From assembly GCA_964016885.1 (NCBI GenBank), contig OZ024741.1, positions 361,212,001-361,276,000 on the forward strand: a stretch of 64,000 nt of DNA, read 5' to 3'. Shown piece after piece: positions 1-12,950 of this stretch (the stretch's first letter is position 1; each line of letters starts with the position of its first letter). The notes beneath the pieces are model-generated. The model made no database searches. It was not told the DNA's origin and saw only the letters and a list, made by a program, of their open reading frames with translations. The stretch comes from Eledone cirrhosa. Lineage: Eukaryota. The translations under genes and the position numbers were made by a program.

Positions 1-97
1 TATCAACAGCAGCACCAACCTCCACCGACGCATTTTTACTCCAGTCCCACTCGGAGTATCTTCCTTCTTTTTGTTGCATTTCTCAAACCTCAAAAAG

Positions 98-496
98 ATG
101 CTTTCAGGTTTCTCTAAAATGTTCTCCGGTGGTAGTTCCGGCGGGTTCGAAGGATTTTCCATGGGCCAAGGTGGAAACTTTAACATTGACCTCGGAGAAT
201 TCGCCCGCAGTACTGGCTTCAAAATACCTATACAATTACCAGGGATGAAAAGCGGTGAGGGAATCAGTGTCCGGCTCCCTGGAAAAGGTAGTGGACATCA
301 CAGTGTGATAGGAAGGTCATCGAAGAAACAGAGAGAAAATCCCTTTTCCGGTATGGAACAACAGAATTACGACGAAATCGTCAAGAAATGCAAAGAAGAA
401 GATATTTTATTCGAAGACCCGGAATTTCCAGCCGATGACTCTTCCCTTTTCTTGGATAGCGGATCGCGTGGTAGGATCGAATGGAAAAGACCAAAG
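98..496 (+). CDS. Calpain (Ca2+-dependent cysteine protease), first coding exon: Gly/Ser-rich N-terminal extension plus start of the CysPc domain
   Basis: ATG at 98. Translation ends ...QNYDEIVKKCKEEDILFEDPEFPADDSSLF...IEWKRPK, the typical calpain 'LFEDPEFP...W.RP' motif. It is followed by a phase-0 donor AAG|GTATGT at 496/497. Confidence 0.9.
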
Positions 497-981
497 GTAT
501 GTATGTGTATGCATACATATAGTAATTAATTGCTTGAGTGTTATTTCGTATTAGGAAAAAGAATGAGTCCTCGATAGGTAAACAGAGGAAATTTATATAG
601 ATTTAAATACAGCTAATACCTTGTATTGATATAATATATATGTGTGTGTGTTATGAATTTATTTTTATTTGTTTAATTATTCATCTATTTTTGCGATTTG
701 GTAATTTTAGCTGTTTTCTTTTTTTGTTTTGTTTTTGGTATTTGAATCCCATGGAGGTCAACTATGCCTACCATCATTCCTGGGTCAATAAAATAAAGTG
801 CCAGTCAAATATTGGAGTCGATTTTAATATTCTTATAAAGCATCATCTCTAGATATGAGATGTTTATAATAGAAAATAGACTAAGATCAAATGACATTTG
901 TCATTTTGTTTATTATCATCTGAACACCGCAAACTGTTAGTGTTCGTCAGTGTAGTTGAATACTCACACACCCACACGCTT

Positions 982-1092
<111 letters not shown>

Positions 1093-1094
1093 AA

Positions 1095-1280
1095 CAGCTT
1101 CTATAGGACTAGAACTGTTTCATTCGAAGGAAATCATCAGGACAGGGCTTTCCTGGTGATTTCCTTCGAATGAAACAGTTCTAGTCCCGTAGAATCCACT
1201 TCTATATTAAATATTGTATACATTCTACTATGTATTGAGCACCTTACTTACTGTGGTTACCCCCGATTGAACCCGAGATA
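1095..1280 (-). mobile_element. Fold-back element family B (Penelope-like, hammerhead-derived), copy 1
   Basis: Near-perfect hairpin 1099-1194 whose arms read CTGATGA-N12-GAAAC...GTC, followed by a tail with tgtattgagcacc. Flanked by microsatellites. Related copies at 6389-6540 and 12418-12582. Confidence 0.65.
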
Positions 1281-1293
1281 CACACACACACAC

Positions 1294-1350
<57 letters not shown>

Positions 1351-1430
1351 CATGTGTATATATATGTGTGTGTTTGTATGTATATATGTATACATGTATA
1401 TATATATATATGGTGTGTGTGTATGTATGC

Positions 1431-1473
<43 letters not shown>

Positions 1474-1553
1474 CATGTGTATATATATGTGTGTGTTTGT
1501 ATGTATATATGTATACATGTATATATATATATATGGTGTGTGTGTATGTATGC

Positions 1554-1610
<57 letters not shown>

Positions 1611-1690
1611 CATGTGTATATATATGTGTGTGTTTGTATGTATATATGTATACATGTATATATATATATATGGTGTGTGTGTATGTATGC

Positions 1691-1745
<55 letters not shown>
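1281..1745. repeat. Compound microsatellite block repeated about three times in tandem
   Basis: Unit 'ttgcatgtgtatatatatgtgtgtgtttgtatg...ggtgtgtgtgtatgtatgcatgtg(TA)n' recurs three times with variable TA length. Confidence 0.85.
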
Positions 1746-1746
<1 letters not shown>

Positions 1747-1937
1747 CGAAGGAAGTGTGGTAAGGAACCAGGTGGACCATAACGCACCAGAGTACTCAAT
1801 ACTTAGGGTAGTAGAGTGGGTTATAGTAAATTGTTCAAGACACCGACGGCAGAGCTCAAGCCGTTTCGACGGCTATTTCCGTCCAGAAATAGCCGTCGAA
1901 ACGGCTTGAGCTCTGCCGTCGGGGTCTTGAACATTTT

Positions 1938-1940
<3 letters not shown>
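1746..1940 (+). mobile_element. Fold-back element family A, copy 1
   Basis: About 85-bp leader (gtgtggtaagg...gagtactcaatac...agtagagtggg) plus near-perfect hairpin 1832-1933, inside (TA)n. Second copy at 17433-17636. Confidence 0.75.
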
Positions 1941-1982
<42 letters not shown>

Positions 1983-2354
1983 ATGTTATGAAAATAATAA
2001 TTTATATATATATATATAAAAATTATTATTTTCATTTATTTATTAACCAATCTTCCGAGATCGATAAAATAAGCACAAGTCAAGTGCTCCTATAGAAGAT
2101 GAAATTGACTGTACCATTCCACGTAAAAAAAAAAAAAAGTATATAAAAGAATAACATGAAAAAAATTGCCTTGCGTTGCTTTTGAAAATTAAAATGTTAC
2201 AAATCATTTTTTTTTTTTTTTCCGAAGTCGATGAAATAAAGCACCAATGATGTAACGGGGTCGATATAATAGCACCCCCACCCCCACCCTCCACAAAAAA
2301 AAAAAAAAACATTGCTGGCCTTCTGCTAAAATTTGAAACCATTATATTCCTTAT

Positions 2355-2765
2355 TGTACCAGTAAAGTACCAGTAATGTACTAGTGAATTGCTGGCCTTG
2401 TGCCAAAAGTAGAAACAATTATTTTCCTTATTGTCATCTGTTGTTTTGTTTTGTTTTTCTACGATGTAAAATGCCCTTCTGTTTTGTATCCCTTTATATA
2501 TCTTGTATTGTCTTCAACGGCTTGGGCCCTTGTGACCAAAAGGAAATAATAATAATTACAGGGTCGATAAAATAAAGTACCAGTAATACACTGAGATAAT
2601 TGCTGGCCTTGTGCCAAAAGTAGAAACAATTATTATTATTTACATTCTGAGTTCAAATCCCATCGAGGTTACCTTTGCCTTTCATCCTTACGAGGTCGAT
2701 AAAATGAAGCACTGGTAATGCACTGGGGTAATTGCTGGCCATGTGCCAAAAGTAGAAACAATTAT
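2355..2765 (+). mobile_element. Tandem cluster of 3' fragments of a tRNA-derived SINE (Meta-like central domain)
   Basis: Repeated 'gtcgataaaataaagtaccagtaatg...aattgctggccttgtgccaaaagtagaaacaattatt' segments matching the fuller copies at 33115-33302. Confidence 0.75.
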
Positions 2766-2789
2766 CAGTTGAATAGCTGGTGGGAAATT

Positions 2790-3970
2790 TATTATACAAA
2801 GTATATAAATAAATTTACAGAAGAATAACATAACAAATATGTTTTAAATATATACATAAATAATATTACAAATGGTTAGATAACATTATAAATTGCTCGC
2901 GATTCATTCAGAAAGATATATTCTTTTAATGCTTCAATATTAAAGAAAATGTAAAGGAAGGGGTGAACAACCGAGCCAACACCAGAGCAAAAGACAGTAA
3001 CGTCGCGAGGAGTACTGGGAAACCTCTCTAATGATTTTTTAGGCAAGCCTGCACATTCGTAGCGTTGCCTCGGGTGATGGCGAGGCTGATGCGCTGGAAC
3101 AACCAAGCGCCCTCGCGAGATTCGTCAGTTACCTCTATTAGGTGAGCTGCCAGTGAAGAGAGGAACCTCGCAGTCAGCGGCCCGACTCCCCCAAACGTCT
3201 CGAAAGCCACAGGCTGAAAAATGTAGCTGGCCGACAGATCACAGTATTTCAAGGCCTTACTCCGCTCGGCTGCGGAAACTGTGGCTCTCGCCCTAACCGC
3301 AGCATCCAGGATGTGGGAATAAGCAAAAGAGTCACTAACAGTGACGTCCCATCAAGACACCTGCCTCTCGACCAGAGGCGCAGGGTAAAGCCGTCAGGTC
3401 TTTTGTCGTCACTTCTGGACAACCCAGATGGTCCTAAGATTGAGGGGATGTTCGCCCGGGCCAAAGCTCTCTTCGTGTGACGCGCGAAGCGGCCGGCATT
3501 CAGGCAGCAAGAAAGACCATGGAGGCCTGTGGAGTCGAGGAGTTTGCCGCATCAGCACCTCAAACCCATGCAGACGTCAGCTCCCACTCTGAGGGTGATG
3601 GAGACACAAAGTTCATCCAGGCTGAGTAGGCCACCAACGTTGGCCACGGGTAGGGCATCAACCCAGTCGCCTGAGTATTTGGCGCTGGCAGATAGTAAGC
3701 GGCACCTTGCAAACTGATCCGACTGGACGAAGAGGGAGTCGAAGGTGGCCCTCAAACTTATGCTGTCCCAAGTTCTCTGACTTCGACTGTCCTCCACCTT
3801 TTCAGGAAGAGACAAGCCCAACTCACTCCATTGTTTGAGAGCTTCACCCAACTCCCTGTTGGAACTAGTCCATGTTGGAGAGGAGAGGATGCTGCTCGCC
3901 AGGGCGGAGCAAGCGTGGGTGGAGGAAAGGGAGCAGGAGAGAGAGAGGGACGAACACTTACGAAGACCAA
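2790..3970 (-). mobile_element. 5'-truncated CRE-clade non-LTR retrotransposon (zinc knuckle + restriction-like endonuclease), frameshifted
   Basis: Minus-strand ORF pieces: RLLSASAKYSGDWVDALP..LRVG; PSGLSRSDDKRPDGFTL..W; KY..L...YIFQPVAFETFG; WLFQRISLAITRGNA. These are characteristic of the CRE-type C-terminus. GC-rich relative to the flanks. Confidence 0.8.
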
Positions 3971-4299
3971 GACGAGGTCGATAAAATAAAGTACCAGTAA
4001 TGTACTGACTCTATTTAATCAACTTTCCCTTTCCCCGAAATTGCTGGCCTTGTGCCTAAAGTAGAAACAATTATTATTATTATTCGTACTATCCCCTATC
4101 ACAGTCTAGAGCCCTTGTCGCAAAGAAATGAAATTATTATTATTATCGTCAGTTTTGCAGTAACTATTTAAAAAAAAGGAAAGATATCGCATAGTTATTT
4201 CTACTGTCCGGATAGCTTTTGCTAAACGAGGATAGATGCAGCTTAATAGAACGGAGAAGGATGGACGGACTTCTTATAGGAGTAATCTCAGTCGCATTC

Positions 4300-5880
<1,581 letters not shown>

Positions 5881-5882
5881 GT

Positions 5883-6251
5883 CACCATCATTTCATCATT
5901 TCATCCGCTTTTCCCTGCTTGCAAGGGTGGGACGGGAACTGATTTTGGCTTGATTTCTACAGCTGGATGCCCTTCCTAACACCAACCTCATTTGGGTGCT
6001 TTTTAGCCGTGGCACCTACACGTCCACTTTACAGTGTGGGCTGGGTGCTTTTTTGCCGTGGCACCTCCACGACCACTTCGCAGTGGAATGATATGGACCC
6101 CAGTCCCTATCATCTCATTTCTACAGCTGAGTAAACTGGAGCAATGTGAAATAAAGTGTCTTGCTCAAGGAAACAACACATCACCCGGTCTGAGAATTGA
6201 ACTCACAACCTTTCGAGGCCAATGCTCTAACCACTAAGCCATGTGCCTCCA
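5883..6251 (-). mobile_element. tRNA-head SINE with CORE-like domain and RTE-type 3' tail
   Basis: Reverse complement reads A box TGGCTTAGTGG, B box GAGTTCAATTC, then TCCTTGAGCAAGACACTT, then the RTE 3'UTR (GGAAGGGCATCCAGCTGTAG) and a (GAT)n end. Second copy at 16675-16995. Confidence 0.8.
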
Positions 6252-7349
6252 TGTGTATTATATATATATATATTATGTGTATTATATATATATATATATT
6301 ATGTGTATTATATATATATATATTATGTTTATTATATATATATGATGTGTATTATATATATATATATAATACACATACACATACACAAGACTAGAACTGT
6401 TTCATTCGTAAGATGATTTCTTACGAATGAAACAGCTCTAGTCCTGTAATTATTTATAAAAAAATACCTATACTCTACTAACGTATTGAGTACCTTTTTA
6501 TTAACTGTTGTCACCTCCTGATATACATCGGAAATTCATCTATTATATATGTATATATATATATGTATGTCTGTGTCCACTTATAATCTCCTTGCCGGCT
6601 AAAGACGGGTGTACACGAATGGAATAATTGACTGATATTAAGCATACTTCAATTTTAAACAAGTCTAATTATTTTCTTAAACTTTATTAACGAATCAGAA
6701 GAAAATTGTATTATCATATTATTATATTAGATTTTCAGTTGTGTTACAAAAATTATTTTTACAACAACAGTATTAAGATAATTAAATTCTACGGTCTTGC
6801 GGGATTTGCTTAGCTTATCAATAATAATTGCAGAGTGTTTAATTAATAAATTTAATAACATTTAAACAAAAAGCACCCCCCCCCCCCCATTTTTTTTTTT
6901 TTAAACGACCAGCTACATTAGCTATAATTGTTCGAGTCCAGGACTCTTATATTTGACGATTGATTTAAACGATTATAATAAGGTAAACATACTGAATAAT
7001 GTCTTGTTTCGCCTGCATTGTCATTTTAGTTGCTGTTTCATGTATGTCAGTTTTCAAAACAATTCTTACTTTGACGTTCTAGCTAACAGGTAACACAAAT
7101 AGAGAGGTGGGTGGCTGTATATGTCTGTATACGGATATGTATATATGTAAGTGTGCATTACTTTTTCTAGATGCGTGTGTGTGTATGCGTGTAGACCACA
7201 CACAGGCATGTAGTTGTGTGCATATAATTCTTTTACAAGGTTTCATGTCATTAGATTGCGGCGATGCTGGGGTATTACCTCGATTTAATCAATCATGTCG
7301 ACCCCATTGCTTTTTTCTTTTGTCGAATCGCTAAGATACGAGATATAAA

Positions 7350-8500
<1,151 letters not shown>

Positions 8501-8511
8501 TGTGTATTATA

Positions 8512-8818
8512 TTTCCATGTGTCTAACACACGTGGACATGCCCACAAAGTAAGAAAACAGCACAGTTCCCATGACTTTCTGAAACATTTTTTTACGCTCA
8601 GAGTTGCTGAAGCATGGAACAAACTACCTGCATGAGTTGTTAGCTGTCGAGACACTGCATCCTTTAAGGCCTCCATGCTTCCCGAGATCCGCCAACAGAA
8701 CAGCTAACACATACACACATGTACTTCCCTGACATTTGTGTATTATTCTATGTACTATATTGACGAGTTGTAGTGCACCTGAGCACTTTACACAATAATT
8801 TCATTATTATTATTATTA
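8512..8818 (+). mobile_element. CR1-clade LINE 3' fragment
   Basis: Encodes [26 protein letters not shown] (CR1 C-terminal motif) and ends in (ATT)n. Related pieces at 33820-34320, 34645-34755 and 61765-62005 (-). Confidence 0.8.
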
Positions 8819-9289
8819 TCATCATCATCATCATCACCGTTTTACGCCCGTTCTTCCACGCTAGTTAGACGGATTGTCCTGTTGTGGGCAGTGTCTGGTC
8901 GGCTGACCATGCCTTGCTCATACAGGAACTGATTTGGCTTGATATCTACAGCTGGATGCCCTTCCTAACACCAACCTCATTTACAGTGAGTGCTGGGTGC
9001 TTTTTCGTGGCGCCTACACGTCCACTTTACAGTGTGGGCTGGGTGCTTTTTTGCCGTGGCACCTCCACGACCACCTTGCGGTGGGGGGTGTGGGGGCATA
9101 TTGTCTATATGCTTCAGCTTGTACCCATGGGAGGTCGGGTACTCTGTATTACTGTGTGACGTCAGAAGTCACGGTCGTGTGTCATTGCCTTTGAGAGGTG
9201 TAATTGGGTAAGGTCGGCTTTTATCACCTCATCCCAGGTCATCTTGGGTCTCCCCACTCCACGGTTTCCATCAACTTCTAGTGCTCTGC

Positions 9290-9292
<3 letters not shown>
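8819..9292 (-). mobile_element. RTE LINE 3' fragment
   Basis: (CAT)n tail and 3'UTR shared with the RTE at 12951-15257. Reverse complement encodes [12 protein letters not shown]. Confidence 0.75.
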
Positions 9293-9357
<65 letters not shown>

Positions 9358-9424
9358 TATGTATATAGACATGTACATAAACATGTATGTATATACGGTG
9401 ACGTATATACTAAATGTCCATCAC

Positions 9425-11330
9425 AGAACCTTTAGCAGCTTCAAAAGAAAGTAACACTAAGAGCTAAAATTAGTACATGTTAAGTTTTAGATATCAACTA
9501 AATATGGCTAAAATTATACTTCTTTAGCATCATTGAACACAAGTTATGAGCAAAAGAGTATTTTTATTCAAAAAATGAGGTGGTCAAAATAATTCGAACA
9601 TTGTTCAAACTTATTTCATTACTGATGTAAGTAAGTGAGTCTTTGCATGTTGCAGGGCATAGCTTAGCATCGTACACTCATACAACATGCCTAGGAGACT
9701 TGTAGCACCGGTCACTATCTGGGAGGAAATTGTTAAGTTATGTCAAGAAGATCATCTCTCCATCCGAGTCATAACTGAAAGAGTTAAGTGCCCCAAAAGT
9801 GTCATACATCTTCTTTTCTTTGTCCACTTATTCCTGAGAGGGCCGTGGGAGCTGAGTCCTCGAACGCTCCCTCCAGCGAGTCCTGTCAGAAGCAACCATC
9901 TCTAATTAATCCGGCTGGATCCCCAAGCGTGACCAGCCAAGCTCATGGATGTTATCCAATCATCTTTCTCGAGATCTACCCCTGAGATCCTACCTGTTGG
10001 TTTCACCCATAAAATCTGTCAAGCCATTCTTTCCTGAGGCATTCTAACCACATGCCCATTGTACCGGAGTTGTGATCTCTCAATTCAGAGAAGTAGCGAC
10101 TCAACCTGGAGTGACTCTGTGATCTCTGAGCTACACACTTTATCGAGTAACGTTATTCCAAAGACACTTCGGAGGAACCCCATTTCAGCCACTTGTATTT
10201 GCGATCGTATTCTTTCGGTCATTACCCAAGATTCAGTCTAAAAAGATGCAATGGCACAGGCTCATGTTGTAGGGGAATATCAATGTGTAGACCAAGAAAA
10301 ACCTCAAAGAGAGATAATCAAGTCATCGTCCGCATTGTAAAAAAGGCCGTTTCAAGACAACAGCAACAGTTTCCTGAGAAGTAAATAACTCTATAGGCAT
10401 CAGTATCTCCAGGAAGACTGTATCATGCTGCCTGATGGAACAAAACCTGCAAGTTCATACTCCAGCAATTAAGCTGTTGATAAGTAAAAAGAACAAGAAA
10501 GCTTGATTATCCATCACCTCTAAACATGTTCTATGGACAGAAAACCAGTGGGCTAAAGTCCACTTCAGTGATGAATCGAAATTTCACTTGTTTAGTTAAG
10601 ATGGCAGAAGGTTTGTTCATTGAAGACTTGGCGAAAGATTAGTGGCTAAGTGTGAGGAGCAGCGTTAAGTTTGGCAGAAGTCTGTGACATAATTTCAGCA
10701 GAAGGTACTTGTACACTTGCAGGGCAAGGTAAATGCTCAAGTATACAAAGAACTTCTACAGGAACATGCTGTACCTTGTATGAGAGCCATCTTAGTGCAA
10801 CCTGTCATTTTTATGCAGGATAATCCCCCTTGCTACATACCAAAGTTCACAAGGACTTTTCCTGGAGCAGGAGCAAGTAAGTGTCATGGACTGGCCTGCT
10901 CAAAGCCAAACCTCAATCTGATTGAAAATGTTTGGAAGATATTAATAGAGAGAACAAAGGAGTAAAACCCTAGCATAGTCCAAGAACTTTGGGAAATATT
11001 ACAAGAGCAGCATGAGAATGCCTTCACTTAGTTTGCTCCCATGGCAGAAGATGTCAGAGCTTAATTGACAATAAAGGTTTATATACTAACTACTAGTATA
11101 ATGTAGCAACCACAAGTGATTATTAGTTATCTGTGTCATTATACCCTTTTATCCACTTTGTTGTATTATCTATCTGAATAATTTTAATAAAAAATACTCC
11201 TTTGCTCATAACTTGTGTTTCAATGATCCTAAACAATGACCCTAGCTATATTTAGTTATCTATAATTTAACATGTATCAATTTTGAGCTTTTAGCTTTTT
11301 TTAGTTTTGAAGCTGCAGAAGTTTTATACA
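9425..11330 (+). mobile_element. Tc1-family DNA transposon with long TIRs and decayed transposase
   Basis: Inverted repeats of ~145 bp at ~9430-9575 and ~11182-11321. Transposase remnants from ATG 9687: HTH-like start, RPRKTS.R, HFSDESKF, FMQDNPP, DWPAQS..LNLIENVW (DD34E type), with stops and frameshifts. Confidence 0.85.
9810..10236 (-). mobile_element. RTE-clade (Expander/Rex3-like) 3' fragment nested in the Tc1 transposase
   Basis: Reverse complement encodes ESWVMTERIRSQIQVAEMGFLR...IERSQLRYNGHVVRMPQER. Transposase similarity resumes after 10236. Confidence 0.75.
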
Positions 11331-11389
11331 CTTTTTCCCTGTCCAGGTACATTGAACTTCTACTCAAGGAAGTAACAACTGTCAAGGTA

Positions 11390-12062
11390 CAAATCTCAAG
11401 ACTGCCACCCTCAATGTTGGCACCCTGAAAAGTAAATCAGGTAATATTGTGGAGCTGTTAGAGAGAAGAGAAGTAGATGTATGCTGTGTACAAGAGGTGA
11501 GTTGGAGGGGTGTCTCAGTGAGACTACTCACAAGCAAACAATATAGATACAGACTTTACTGGGTAGGAAATACCAATGGAGTAGGTAGTGTAGGCATTCT
11601 ACTAGCAGAGGCATGGATAGATAAGGTGATAGAGGTAGTTAGAGTAGGTGACAGAATTATGAAGCTTAGAAAACCTGTGGGAAATAGAATGGTGACAATT
11701 ACATCTATCTATGCACCACAGGCAGGACTGAGTAAAGAACAAAAGGACAGGTTCTATGAGGAACTTTTACAGACAACTTCAGGTAATTATGAAAGAGACC
11801 TCATCATCCTGGCAGGCAACTTCAATGAACATGTGCGACAGTACTGGGATGGATTCAGACGAGTTTATGGCGAGTAGGTAACAAAAAGCACCCAGTACAC
11901 ACTGTAAATGTGGTTGATATTAAGAAGAGGATCCAGCTGTAGAAACCAAGCCAAAATCATTTGTGTGAGCAAAACAGTCCTCCGACCTGGCTTGTCTAAT
12001 AATGGGACGGCTTGTCTAACCCATGCTAGCATGGAAAATGAATGTTGAACAATGATGATGAT
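11390..12062 (+). mobile_element. Internally deleted RTE: AP-endonuclease fragment joined directly to the 3'UTR and (GAT)n tail
   Basis: TLNVGTL...DVCCVQEVSW...SIYAPQ...LAGNFNEHV (APE motifs, 11400-11877), followed at ~11885 by aaaagcacccag...ctaacccatgctagcatggaaaa...(GAT)n. Confidence 0.85.
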
Positions 12063-12367
12063 ATAGTTATTTTATAATGGCTAAAGAGTGAGTCTTGTTA
12101 CTCTGGAGTTTCACCTGTTTATCACAGGGTCATCAGACAAGAATATATATATGTACCTGTTTGTATTTATCATTGTTGTGACTATAAACTATGGCTACAC
12201 ACACCTGGTCATTTTTTTCATGGTGTCACACTTGCTAAACTTTGTGTTTACTCTAGACGAAAATGTATTAATTTTCACACCATTGAGTGCTTTGTGACCA
12301 CCTAAAACAATTCGAGTGGTATCTGGTCTATTGCAGATGAATGTATATATATATATGTATATGTATG

Positions 12368-12418
<51 letters not shown>

Positions 12419-12583
12419 GTTTCTACAGGACTAGAACTGTTTCATTCGGGAGAAATCATCAGGAGCTTCTGAATTAAACAGTTCTAGTCCTGTAGAAGCT
12501 TTTCTATATTAAATATTTATACTCTGCTTTGTATTGAGTACTTTACTTACGGTGGTTACCCCCGATTGAGCCCAGGATAAACG

Positions 12584-12628
<45 letters not shown>

Positions 12629-12916
12629 ATGTATGTATGTATATTTGTACATGCACCTACAATGTTATCTGGGATAACTCTGACATAAACCTGCGGCTCA
12701 GTAGTTACTGATGATGTTGATATTTTCTTCCATTCGGGTTATAGCTACTGTCGCTCAGAGAGTGGGATTGGCTCAGTGCACAGTCTTTCCTCACTTTAAA
12801 AAATATCTTCACACACAGGCATTGCACGATAGAATTAATTAATAATTATTAATAATGGTATATCGTGCAATGGCCATACTCGATAACAAGGGGGCAGCCA
12901 TCATATGTACATATAA

Positions 12917-12948
<32 letters not shown>

Positions 12949-12950
12949 AT

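Noticed and set aside
71-529. 152-aa single-exon ORF as given in the track
   Set aside because: It starts at TTG and reads through the splice donor; the supported exon is 98-496.
918-960. Possible minus-strand hammerhead (CTGACGA plus hairpin)
   Set aside because: No GAAA core follows the stem and no stem III is evident.
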